Positions 28,914 through 38,400 of a DNA stretch of 64,000 nucleotides are shown here, one piece after another. Source of the stretch: Candidatus Latescibacterota bacterium (GTDB lineage Bacteria > Latescibacterota > UBA2968); the NCBI GenBank assembly GCA_965204745.1, contig OZ242010.1, positions 576,001 through 640,000 of the forward strand, given 5' to 3'. A program made the position numbers and the translations under genes. Under the pieces are notes generated by a model, which made no database searches, was not told the DNA's origin, and saw nothing but the letters and a program-made list of their open reading frames with translations. Numbering within the stretch: position 1 is the stretch's first letter; each line of letters starts with the position of its first letter.

Positions 28914-31900
28914 CTATCCCGCATTTTCATGAAAAATTTTTGCCAGATAATCGTAGTTGTCGTCGCGGTCAAAAAAGAGAATGTGCTTGTCGGCGAAATC
29001 CTCGCGGCGCCATGAGCCATTCTCGTAGCGTTCGCACAAGTCCCGATAAGGCGTTGTCGAAATGATGAACGAATCGAGGCGCACCTCCGACACATTGGCG
29101 GGACGGGTTATTTTACGCGCCAATTTGGGCAACCGCTCGTGGAGTCGGGCCTTGTCGTCGTGGCGATAAGCGTTGGCGTTGAGCATGCCGTGCGGTTCGA
29201 TAAATGCGATGCGTTGCCGGTTGGAATCGACAATCCAAAGAATGAAATCGGGATAGAATCCGCTGGTTTCAAAGAACCCGATGCCCGTGCCTCGGCCCTG
29301 ATTCCGCAAAAGAAATACCTCTGTGCCGGCCAGCGCATCGTCCTTCTCTTTTGCCCAGAACGCCTTCAAGTCATCGACAAATCGTCTCTCGCCTTCGTTC
29401 AACCCCGGCGGCGACAGCGTTATTTTATCAGCGCTTTCCACGAGCAAGGGCTGGTACAGGTGTTGATCAAAATGAATGCGCGGCAAATTGCCCCTGTCGC
29501 TTTCGCAGAGCGCGTGGCAATCGGCGATGAGTTGTTCGAGATCGCCTATCAAAGTTTCTTCTGATCGGGGAACGCTGACGATGTACCGCCCGGTACCGCC
29601 GTCTTTGCCGATGTTGAAGTTGAAGTTGGGGTCGCTTTGGTCCAGCGTCTTATAGACCAGGCCCTTTGACTCCCATCGCGCTCGTTTGTGCCGATAGAGC
29701 GCGTCCGCGTATTTTCGCACGATGCTGACCACGGTCTCTTGCAAGCGCTCGCGGTCCGCATAACTGCGCGGTTTTACCACCTGCTCCTCGGCGATCAGGC
29801 GATACGCGGGCGGCGCGGCGACGAGAATCTTTCTCGGCGCATCCGGGCGGATGATCAGGTTGCACAATCCGCGCTGTTCCTTGTAGTCGAGCAGGTCGAG
29901 ATAGACGCGCCCCCAATCCACCAACGCGAGGCTTTTGTGTGGTATGTCCCTTTCCTCGCCGGAGGTGGCGCGGTCCATTTCGGCAAAATCGCTGTCCAAC
30001 TGGCTCACCTTTGCAGACACATCGACCAGCACGGGCCGCACGCCGGAATTGGGGGCCAAGAGCACCTCGGAGTCGGCTGCGAAATCCCGGTCGTCGTCCA
30101 TGCGGGGGATGACCAAGCCCTTGTCGAGAAAGTCCCGATTGGGCCGAATGACCAACGGCAGTTCCAACACCCCATCCGTCGCCACGCCTTCGCGCTCCAA
30201 GTAATCCCGAAATTGGGCCATATAATTGGCGCGCACGGCAAAGATATTGAGCGTTTCCAGCGCCTTGATGTAATCGGGATGCCGCCCGTCGAGTGCGGCG
30301 CTGCGTTTCAGCGTCATCCCCCGCCCGCGCAACCGCACGCCGCGGCCAAACAGCTGGATGATCTGCGACCCCTCGCTCCTGCCAATGTTGAGCAACCCCA
30401 TGTTGGATACGCGCCAGGAATCCCAACCTTCGATAAATTTTCGGGCGCCGATCAGCACCTCAATGGTCGTTCCCGGTTCGTTGATCCCGTCAAACAGCGA
30501 GCCGGAGAAAGCGTCTTCCTCCATCGCGATGCCGGCGTTGTCAGCCGCGACCAGATTTTTGAATTTCGTCGTATCCCCAATGTAAATCAAGCCGAAGTAC
30601 TCCTCGGCCCCGCCGACTTTAAGCCCGATTTCGCCATCGCGGCCGCGGATGTTGCACAGGTGTAGCCCACTGCCGGCGGCGGCGTGCAACACCCTCGCCA
30701 GTATATCCCGATACAGCGTTGCCGAATCCCGCCCGCGCAGGTACTCGAATTTGTCGGCGAAAACGTCTTTTCCATCCGCGTCGCGCAAGCCCGAATGCCC
30801 CGTCAGCAACTGGTCAATCGCACCCGTAGCCCAAGTCGCATTCGCTATCAGCCGATGCAAGAACCGCACCACCGTCAAAATATCGCTCCGGGGTTGGCGT
30901 CTTTCCGTATAGACCGCGTTGACGCTACCGCCCACGAAAACCCACAGGGGTCGGGCCAGATTGTAGGGCCGGAACGCCTCGGCCCGTTCGGCAAAGACGA
31001 GTTGCTGTTCGTAAAAGGAGAGCAAGTTGGCGAGCAGCAACCTATCCGTTTGGTCCGCAGTCGTCTCCTGTTGCAAGTTGAGAATGTGGAAGTCCTTGCC
31101 ATAGCCATCGCCGTAGAAGTAGCGATAGGAATAGTCAAACGCGATGGCCTTGCCGTATTCAGCCATCAGATCCGCGTTCCGCGCCGCGGTCAGGGCTTGC
31201 CCAAAGGTCGCGCTGTACTCGAAGGTGAACCCGGTCTCGCCCAGTGCATCGCGCAGGTTGCGCCACGCTTCGCCGCCAGAGCCTTTGTGCCCCTCGTCGA
31301 CAAAAATCAGGTTGTTGCCCGCAAATGCCTCGACGGGTACGCGCACCCCACCGCCTCGCTTTTCCCCGACCAACTTGGTAATCTCGGTCACCTCGATGGC
31401 ATTTTGCCCCGCCCCCAGCAGGCTGCTTTTGTTCAGTTCAAACCGCGACGCGGGGATGTTGGACGCTTGCAGTTCTGCCAGATGTTGCTCGGTCAATCCT
31501 TCGTTGGGCGTGATCAACAGGATGTTGTCCAATGCCTCGGCATTGTAATGGAGGAACTGCCGGTAGTTCAGGTGCATGATGAGCGTCTTGCCACTGCCGG
31601 TCGCCATCCAAAACGCCAGTTTTCGCAAATCCGCCTCGGCAAATTCCGTTTCCCGCGCCTCTCGGGCGGAACGCTTGACATTGCGCCGTTTGACCAAATC
31701 GTTCAGCGAGCGCAACAACGCGCCTTGGCGGTTGAAGCACCAGTCGAGAAAAATTTCGGTGTATAGGGCCGCCAGATATTGGAAGTAGCGCAAGGTGATG
31801 GGCCGGAGCCGCCCCTTGTTCATCGCCGTCAGATGGGTGCGGATATGGGCGTCGTACTGCGCCAAATCGGCCAGCGAAACATCCTTCAGGTGGCTCGGTC

Positions 31901-32090
31901 GAGACGCCAACCGGGCGTAGATATGGCTACGGCCTTCGGCGTCAAAGCCTTCATCGACCTGCTCCATGTCCGCTAAGAGATCGCGGTTTCCCAGATAGCC
32001 CAGCCGTTCATTCAGCCAGGCCAACAGAACCAGCCGTCGTTCCAGACTGGCATAGTTGCTCGGTTGCACTTGGGTTCGTCGGCGCGGCAT
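28914..32090 (-). CDS. res: Type III restriction endonuclease Res subunit
   Basis: WMATGSGKT, DEGH, YSATF, EGWD, QLFGRGVRL, C-terminal YPDFILW..IEPHG nuclease; downstream of mod. Confidence 0.92.
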   Translation of the reverse strand: MPRRRTQVQPSNYASLERRLVLLAWLNERLGYLGNRDLLADMEQVDEGFDAEGRSHIYARLASRPSHLKDVSLADLAQYDAHIRTHLTAMNKGRLRPITLRYFQYLAALYTEIFLDWCFNRQGALLRSLNDLVKRRNVKRSAREARETEFAEADLRKLAFWMATGSGKTLIMHLNYRQFLHYNAEALDNILLITPNEGLTEQHLAELQASNIPASRFELNKSSLLGAGQNAIEVTEITKLVGEKRGGGVRVPVEAFAGNNLIFVDEGHKGSGGEAWRNLRDALGETGFTFEYSATFGQALTAARNADLMAEYGKAIAFDYSYRYFYGDGYGKDFHILNLQQETTADQTDRLLLANLLSFYEQQLVFAERAEAFRPYNLARPLWVFVGGSVNAVYTERRQPRSDILTVVRFLHRLIANATWATGAIDQLLTGHSGLRDADGKDVFADKFEYLRGRDSATLYRDILARVLHAAAGSGLHLCNIRGRDGEIGLKVGGAEEYFGLIYIGDTTKFKNLVAADNAGIAMEEDAFSGSLFDGINEPGTTIEVLIGARKFIEGWDSWRVSNMGLLNIGRSEGSQIIQLFGRGVRLRGRGMTLKRSAALDGRHPDYIKALETLNIFAVRANYMAQFRDYLEREGVATDGVLELPLVIRPNRDFLDKGLVIPRMDDDRDFAADSEVLLAPNSGVRPVLVDVSAKVSQLDSDFAEMDRATSGEERDIPHKSLALVDWGRVYLDLLDYKEQRGLCNLIIRPDAPRKILVAAPPAYRLIAEEQVVKPRSYADRERLQETVVSIVRKYADALYRHKRARWESKGLVYKTLDQSDPNFNFNIGKDGGTGRYIVSVPRSEETLIGDLEQLIADCHALCESDRGNLPRIHFDQHLYQPLLVESADKITLSPPGLNEGERRFVDDLKAFWAKEKDDALAGTEVFLLRNQGRGTGIGFFETSGFYPDFILWIVDSNRQRIAFIEPHGMLNANAYRHDDKARLHERLPKLARKITRPANVSEVRLDSFIISTTPYRDLCERYENGSWRREDFADKHILFFDRDDNYDYLAKIFHENAG

Positions 32091-32092
32091 CG

Positions 32093-32800
32093 CTAGGTCC
32101 CTTCTGCGAGGATGGCTTCCAACTGACCGATGAGCGGCGGCAGGTGATTCTGCACAATATCGCAGAGCGTATCGAGGTCCACTGAGTCGTACGCGTGCGC
32201 CAACAGGTTGCGCGCGCCGATCATTTTGCCCCACGGCACTGCCGGGTGGCGTTCCCGCGTCGCTGGCGAGACCCGGTTGGCGGCCTCGCCGATAACTTCC
32301 ACGGCGCGCGTAAGGGCCAATTCCTTTATCCAGTCGCCTTCCAAGTCCTCTGGGCTTAGCTCGCCAAACGAATCAACGGCTTTTCTCGCGTAGATGAGCA
32401 TATTCAGCAGGCTCACGCGGTCATCGCGCCGCTTGCCACCCGTCTTGAGGGACTTGTCGCTACCTTCTCGCGCCCAGCTTTCGCATCCCGGCCCCCGCTC
32501 GTACAGCATCTCGGCGGACCCGAGTATTTCCGCTCGCAACAACCAGTTTTGCTTGCTTTCAACCCCCTCGAAAGTGTGCAAATCCGCCTCTCGACCAAAA
32601 ATGGTCGACAATTCGTCCTGCATATCGATGAATGCAAACCCCGGCGTCCGACCCGGCTCAAATTCCACCAGCACATCGACATCGCTTTCTGGCCCGAAAT
32701 CGTCTCGCAACACGGAGCCAAAGAAAGCCAGGCGCCGAATGTGGTTGCGCTGACAGAACGCGGCTATCGCGTCTTTTGAAATCTCGATTTTCGCATTCAT
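32093..32800 (-). CDS. Fused MNT nucleotidyltransferase and HEPN (DUF86) RNase
   Basis: FGSVLRDDFGPESDVD in the N-half; EVIGEAANRVS..PW..RNLLAHAY (RX4HXY) in the C-half; single open frame. Confidence 0.85.
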   Translation of the reverse strand: MNAKIEISKDAIAAFCQRNHIRRLAFFGSVLRDDFGPESDVDVLVEFEPGRTPGFAFIDMQDELSTIFGREADLHTFEGVESKQNWLLRAEILGSAEMLYERGPGCESWAREGSDKSLKTGGKRRDDRVSLLNMLIYARKAVDSFGELSPEDLEGDWIKELALTRAVEVIGEAANRVSPATRERHPAVPWGKMIGARNLLAHAYDSVDLDTLCDIVQNHLPPLIGQLEAILAEGT

Positions 32801-32844
32801 CTCGCCACCTCCGCGAACATGCGCGCTTTGAACATCGGCTCTAC
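32655..32844 (-). repeat. ~190-bp near-identical copy of 35341-35530 (mod 3' end plus MNT 5' end)
   Basis: Offset 2686 bp; only a few substitutions. Confidence 0.92.
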
Positions 32845-32846
32845 TG

Positions 32847-33062
32847 CTATGGCTTCAGTGCCTTTGATTCGTGATTCAAAACGGCCTTCACCTGCCACTC
32901 TTCAACGCCGTGAAACCAATTGAGAAACTGCTCGGTGGAAGCACCCTCTCGCAGATTATCGAACAGGGCATATACGGGAACGCGCGTTCCGCGAAACACC
33001 CAAGTTCCGCTCACTTTGTCGGGATGTCGTTCGATAGCCGTGCATGTATCCCAATTCAGCAT
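32847..33062 (-). CDS. DUF433 family antitoxin-like protein (no partner toxin nearby)
   Basis: IERHPDKVSGTWVFRGTRVPVYALFDNLREGAS. Confidence 0.88.
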   Translation of the reverse strand: MLNWDTCTAIERHPDKVSGTWVFRGTRVPVYALFDNLREGASTEQFLNWFHGVEEWQVKAVLNHESKALKP

Positions 33063-33096
33063 GAGATCACCCGATACCTTTCTGCTGACCATTGTT

Positions 33097-33135
33097 AATG
33101 CGAATAAAGCGTTGAATCCATCGCGCCCTTGTCCT
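33097..33135 (+). mobile_element. Orphan IS982 left-end remnant
   Basis: AATGCGAATAAAGCGTTGAATCCATCGCGCCCTTGTC resembles 1591-1627. Confidence 0.7.
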
Positions 33136-33166
33136 TTCGCTACTCGGTGGATTCAATCCCTCTCGG

Positions 33167-33301
33167 TCACGTCTCAAGGGTCAACTCTGACCCGCTGGAC
33201 TCGATGGCCTTCAGCATCACTTGCATGTTGGGATAGCGTGCGGTGCCGATCAACAGTCGGGATCGGTAGGTCACGCCTGCGATTGTGAAGTCGTTTGTCA
33301 T
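33167..33301 (-). pseudogene. thiG: 5' fragment of thiazole synthase
   Basis: Manual translation MTNDFTIAGVTYRSRLLIGTARYPNMQVMLKAIESSGSELTLET* resembles the ThiG N-terminus. Confidence 0.75.
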
Positions 33302-33352
33302 GGTTAGTGGTCAGCGGCTTTGGGAACATCGCCCGCCATTGTCCTATGTACG

Positions 33353-33415
33353 CACAAGCCCTCGCAACGCTTGGCCCCGAACAATCCGTTCAAGGTCAGC
33401 CTGCGAGGGCTTGTG
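33353..33415. repeat. Long imperfect hairpin; second copy at 34850-34903
   Basis: CACAAGCCCTCGCA...TGGCCCCGAA...CGTTCAAGGTCAGC.TGCGAGGGCTTGTG. Confidence 0.7.
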
Positions 33416-33432
33416 TCGTTAAGGGACGTGCG

Positions 33433-33855
33433 TTAGGCCTCCGCATCCAACATGTGCTGAAAGGCCGCCAGATCATCCGCTTGCACCGCTGCACGATGCA
33501 ACCGCTTGAGCCTCGGCAAATCGTCGACAGCCGCAATGTGACCGGCGAACTGGCCGGCCACACCTGCATCAAAGCGAATCTCCAACACGTCGAGGATGTC
33601 TTCAACCGCTCGTTCTCTGACCCCTCGCTCGATTCCCTGCTCGATTCCCTGCTCGATTCCCTGCTCGATTCCCTGCTCGATTCCCTGCTCAATGCCCTGC
33701 TCGATTCCCTGCTCGATTCCCTGCTCGATTCCCTGCTCAATGCCCTGCTCAATGCCGCGCTCGATTCCCTGCTCAATGCCCTGCTCGAGGAACTGTTCCT
33801 TGAACTGTTTCTCGAGGTACTGGGCAAACGATGACTCACGCATAATCGCGTCCAT
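33433..33855 (-). CDS. Putative intragenic small protein (RpnS-like antitoxin), in frame
   Basis: AGGAGG (33861-33866) 5 nt before the in-frame ATG at 33855 (MDAIMRESS...). Confidence 0.6.
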   Translation of the reverse strand: MDAIMRESSFAQYLEKQFKEQFLEQGIEQGIERGIEQGIEQGIEQGIEQGIEQGIEQGIEQGIEQGIEQGIEQGIERGVRERAVEDILDVLEIRFDAGVAGQFAGHIAAVDDLPRLKRLHRAAVQADDLAAFQHMLDAEA

Positions 33856-34494
33856 AAAACCCTCCTGTGAAAGAATCCGCATGATGGTGGCAGGATCATA
33901 AGCCAACCCACTCAAGACCGCCAAGCTACCCAAATAATTCGCCTTGTCTGCCTGATCCAACGAAACCGAATCGCCCTTGCGAACACACGCGCGCAACCAG
34001 TCCTCGGAACCCATCCCCACAGGCGGCTTCATCAACGGCGCGAAAGGAAGCAAGCCGGCCTGGTCGCCTTCAAGAATGCCCTGCCCGTCCAACTCGCTCA
34101 ACCGAAGCACCTTGTAGCGCACCAGCACGGGAAAGTCCGCATGATCTTGGCGGAAAAATCCTTTATCGCTCCGCCCGGCATTGGGACGCAGATAGATGAC
34201 AAAGGAATAGACCGGCAAGCCATACTGCTCGATGAGGCGGATGATATAGGAAGCCATGCGACGAGCCATATTCGCGCTGTCGTCGGTTTGAAATTCGATG
34301 TGAACCAAGGCTTCCTCGCCATCGATCCGCACGCGAAGGAGGCTATCGACCAGGCGTGTTTCCACCTTGGGGAGTTCGGTGTCGAGGACTTCTTCAACTT
34401 CAATTTCGACATCCTCGCGTCCGAGAGCCAAGCGGATGAGGTCTTGCGGGTAGATGCGAATCAACTGCTTGGGAATCGTATCGTATTCTGCCAT
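33433..34494 (-). CDS. Rpn/YhgA-like PD-(D/E)XK-family protein
   Basis: YDTIPKQL, RLVDSLL, LVHIEFQT...MARRMASY, LLPFAPLM, then (EQGI)n linker and LEIRF helical C-terminal domain. Confidence 0.85.
   Translation of the reverse strand: MAEYDTIPKQLIRIYPQDLIRLALGREDVEIEVEEVLDTELPKVETRLVDSLLRVRIDGEEALVHIEFQTDDSANMARRMASYIIRLIEQYGLPVYSFVIYLRPNAGRSDKGFFRQDHADFPVLVRYKVLRLSELDGQGILEGDQAGLLPFAPLMKPPVGMGSEDWLRACVRKGDSVSLDQADKANYLGSLAVLSGLAYDPATIMRILSQEGFMDAIMRESSFAQYLEKQFKEQFLEQGIEQGIERGIEQGIEQGIEQGIEQGIEQGIEQGIEQGIEQGIEQGIEQGIERGVRERAVEDILDVLEIRFDAGVAGQFAGHIAAVDDLPRLKRLHRAAVQADDLAAFQHMLDAEA
33619..33786 (-). repeat. 14 x 12-bp coding tandem repeat (EQGI/ERGI)
   Basis: GATTCCCTGCTC and AATGCCCTGCTC units on the plus strand. 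Confidence 0.95.
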
Positions 34495-34617
34495 GGGGCG
34501 CCTCCTGATGTGGTATTGTTTGAACGATTTGCGAAGAAAAATAAATAATCTCCAATCCCGCTCGCGATGTCAAGTGATTTTCCCATCTGCTCCGCCCCAC
34601 CGCAAGCCCTATCCCCA

Positions 34618-34651
34618 AGTAAGAGGTAAGAGGTAAGAGGCAAGAGGTAAG
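34618..34651 (+). repeat. Heptamer tract (GTAAGAG)n
   Basis: Reverse complement of the CTTACCT family. Confidence 0.85.
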
Positions 34652-34700
34652 ATCCACCCACCGCGCCGCCACCCGTGCGTGCCCTTCCCGTCCCCGCCAT

Positions 34701-34809
34701 GTCTGAATCGCGGATTAAACGGATTACACAGATTGCGCGGATTACCCCCACAACCCTACAGCCGCTTCATCGTTCCCCCCGCTATGTCCTTCGCACACCC
34801 CGCCGCCAT
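34701..34809 (+). repeat. ~110-bp dispersed element (copies at 46304-46410 and 18950-19061 reverse)
   Basis: GTCTGAATCGCGGATTAAACGGATTAC.CAGATT.CGCGGATTACCCC...GCTTCATCGTTCCC...TGTCCTTCGCA. Confidence 0.88.
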
Positions 34810-34940
34810 CAACCGTAGGGATAGGCCCCTGTGCGCGCCCGACCTAAAAAGCCCTCGCATAGCCTGGCCCCGAATCGATTCGTTCAAGGTCAGCATGCGA
34901 GGGGATTGTATGAGGGATTTTTAATCGCTTATGCCCTATC

Positions 34941-35170
34941 GGGACCTACCCCCCTGGCCCCCGTTACTCGCTACGCTTCGTTGTAGGCTACACCTGTGCC
35001 TGCGAGGAAGGGGGGAACTGTGAGCGGTTTTGCGAGGGGATTGTGCGAGGGGGTTTGGGTTTCTATGGCGTGATCCATTCGCTCAAAGCCATCAGAGCAA
35101 CCAGAGCGAGAAGTCATCAAAGGGACTTTCTCCCCTTTCCTCGTAGGAAAGGGGCCGGGGGATAGGTCCC
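34941..35170. mobile_element. MITE-like element with GACCTA[C/T]CCCCC terminal inverted repeats
   Basis: GGGACCTACCCCC...GGGGGATAGGTCCC; replaces the region after the MNT domain. Confidence 0.75.
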
Positions 35171-35486
35171 CTTGCGTTTGCTCATAGAGTTCCTCCGCCG
35201 AATTGAGTATTTCTTCCCGGAGTAACCAGTTGGGATTGTCTTCAACCCCCTCGAAAGTGTGCAAATCGGTTTTTCGCCCCAGGATTTCGCCCAGTTCAAT
35301 CTCCAATCTCATCAGTCCCATGTAGCCAATGCTCGTCCCTGGCTCAAATTCCACCAGCACATCGACATCGCTTTCTGGCCCGAAATCGTCTCGCAACACG
35401 GAGCCAAAGAAAGCCATGCGCCGAATGTGGTTGCGCTGGCAGAACGCGGCTATCGCGTCTCTTGAAATCTCGATTTTCGCATTCAT
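34971..35486 (-). CDS. MNT nucleotidyltransferase; C-terminus runs into the MITE and the HEPN partner is absent
   Basis: FGSVLRDDFGPESDVD; ATGA overlap with the mod stop; real domain ends near 35180. Confidence 0.8.
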   Translation of the reverse strand: MNAKIEISRDAIAAFCQRNHIRRMAFFGSVLRDDFGPESDVDVLVEFEPGTSIGYMGLMRLEIELGEILGRKTDLHTFEGVEDNPNWLLREEILNSAEELYEQTQGDLSPGPFPTRKGEKVPLMTSRSGCSDGFERMDHAIETQTPSHNPLAKPLTVPPFLAGTGVAYNEA

Positions 35487-38400
35487 CTCGCCACCTCCGC
35501 GAACATGCGCGCTTTGAACATCGGCTCTACGGTGATGGCACCGGGAATGCAGGAATCCCCATTGACATAAACCACCGCTACATCGTCGATCAGCCCTTGC
35601 TCGGCGACGAACCGCCGGTCGCGGTCAAAATCGGATCGTTCCCACCCCTCGGTTTTCCGCCAGATAACCGCCACCTCGCGCCCGGGCGCATCGCGGGTTT
35701 CGCCCCGATAGACCACATAGCGTCGGCCCTCGTCCTGATGAACTCGGCGCGTCCGCACATTTAGCCCCAACAAATAATTGAACGTCTCGGGGATATCCGC
35801 TGTCCGTTCCTGCGTCTCTCCATTGGTGTGAACCCGCAGGCGATAGGTGAACGGACTGGCTATTTTTACGACATTGAGCAGGGTCTCGCTGTCTTTGGTT
35901 TCCCATTGTAGCATGTACTTGATCAAGTAGTCGTCGAATCGATCCTCTAATTTCAACTGCGTGGCCGCGTCGTCAAAAGCGATGTTGTTCAGCGCGTCTT
36001 CGTAACTCTCCACGCGCATGGATTTGACGATGCGCGGCGACCGCTCGGCTTCATCGGGCGTCGCCATGCGTTTGGGCTTCCCATCCTTCCATTCGGGCGC
36101 GAAGGTGATTTTCTCGATGCGGGGCAACAATACCGTGTCGAAGTATTCGCCCATCTCGACGAGAATGAACTTGCGCCGCCCGCCATCTTCCCGGTTGAGG
36201 TTGATAACCGCGTGGCCCGTCGTGCCAGAGCCAGCGAAGTAGTCGGCTATCAAGGCTTCCTTTGAAGCAAAACCAAAAATTTTTTTCGGCAACTCCCAAG
36301 GCTTAGGATTTAGTCGACCATTCACTTCAAATTCAAACAAATCTCTAATGTTTTTTGAAGCACTGTCATTCGTACCAGCATCATCCCAAATGCTCCGTAT
36401 GTTCAAGCCGCGATGTTCAGACAAGAAGCGTTTCTTGCGTGGTTCTTTGGAGTTGCCATCGTTTCCCCACCATACCAACTTGTTTTTTTCGTTTTCTTTG
36501 TGTGTTTTTTTATCGCACCCCCAAACCCTCGGAGAATCAGAGTATGAATCAGGGTAGATAATCTCTCCTGTGTTGGGATGGGTAATTCCATAATACAGAT
36601 TGGGACGTTCTTGCTTGTGCCATTTTGAGCGATAATCGGAACCCGCCCAGTCGCCGCGCGGGTCATTGTCTGGGTTTGAATACTGCTTTGCAATTTGCGG
36701 AGAAGGCAGGGCGCGAGTTGGTTCCGCTCCATAAATGACTAGATTATCGTGGACAAAAGCAAAGGCGGGCTTGTTGTCTCCGCTGGTTTTTTTCCACGCA
36801 ATGTTTCCGATGAAATGTTCTGGACCAAATATAGAATCCAGTAACAAGCGGAAATGGGCAATTTCAATGTCATCCAGATTCACCCAGAAAGAGCTTTTTT
36901 CATTCATCAGAAATTTCGACAACATTGCCCTATCACTTATCATCACCAGCCAGCAGGAATGTTGATAGGCGTCACGATAGATAAAGTCATCGTCGCCGGT
37001 GTTATACGGCGGATCGATGTAAATGCAACTAACCTGCTCCGCGTACTTTTCCTGCAATAGATTCAACGCCTGATAGTTCTCGCTGTGAATGAGCAAGCCA
37101 TCGGTCATGCCGTCCAAATCGTCAAAAGACGCGAGCAGGCGATCCGTGAAGTCCGCGTCAAAGTGGCGGGTGTCCAGCATAAGCGTGGGGTGTGCCTGCA
37201 TAAAAGCGATGCGCTTGCCCTGCGTATCCTTTCCCGAGTTGAACAAGTTGATCGCGTCCTCGTCGATGTGGAACAACGCCTTCCACTTTGCCCATTGCGG
37301 CTCGCACGCGGCGATAGCGGGATAGAATTTTTCGTCGATGGTGCTGACCGCGATGCAATAGTGCGTCTCGGTGATGAACTTGCGCTTCTCCCACAGCATT
37401 TTTTGAAAGCACTCGATCTGATTCAAAAAGTCGATGATCTGACCGCCGACCACCTTGATCACGCGCATCATCTGAAACCAGCCGCCGACCATATTCTCGC
37501 CGATAGCGGTCATCTCGTCTAAATTCAGCACCTCGTTTTTCAAGTAGAAATCGAGCTCGCGGGCGAGGAACCCCTTCAGGTCCTTGTGGATAAAAAAGTC
37601 CGACGTATTGCGCCGCGTGTACTGCCGCAGGTGGTGCGCCAAATGGCTCACGGGTTCGCCATCGCCATCGCGCCGCCGCTCGCCGGTCAGCGCGGCCAGC
37701 GCATCCGTTGCCTTACCCAGCCGCTTGGGGATGGCGTCAACCGCCGCGGCGATGATATTCTCCTGCTGATTCTTCGTGCCATAGTCGCGCTTTTCCCCCT
37801 CGGTCAAGGGGCGGTATTCAAAGGGGATGGCGATTGCGCGGGTGCTATGGTCCCAGTGTGTCTCATCGACGAGGGGCAGGAAAAACCGCTTGTCGCCCTT
37901 GACGTTGTTCTGCTCCACATCGGCGGCCCTGATCCTGAACCGCACTGCGATGCCGTTGGGTGCCTTCCAGTCGTAGTCTCGGAAGTGTTCGCCGGTTTTG
38001 ACATAGTACTGGTCGCGGTTGGCCCAGTGGAGATGGACTTCCTCGCCGTTGTAGGGGATGGCGTATTGCTGATGCTTGGCATAGCGGCGTTTGGAGATAA
38101 AATCGCCGTCCTCGTAGTAGCGGCTAAAAAAGGCGTACAGGTGGTTGAAGATGTCGATCTCAACGGCCTCGCGGCGGCGAGCACCGGCGGCCTTTGCCCT
38201 CGCGTTCAGGTACTTCCTGCCGAGCGGCGTGTTGTGAAATGAAACCAGTTCGCCATTGGCTTCAATGGCGCCCTCGCCGAAGTTATCCTCGACACTTTGG
38301 GCGATTTCCTCCAGTTCAGCAGCGGCCCGATCTTGCTCGGCCAGCAAGCCCTGCTCCAGATCGTCGGCGATGGCCTTGGGCAAGTCCTCGGCGATGAATT

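Noticed and set aside
29180-29260. Res nuclease motif EPH instead of E-x-K as a sign of inactivation
   Set aside because: It may be a subfamily variant; this cannot be judged without an alignment, and the rest of the gene is intact.
33353-33438. Possible integron attC site (GCCTAAC at the Rpn stop, then a hairpin)
   Set aside because: No complementary GTTAGGC R' box closes the hairpin, and no integrase is present.
34971-35170. C-terminal extension of the MNT ORF as a novel domain
   Set aside because: It is read-through into the MITE; the same peptide appears in the MITE at 42985-43185.
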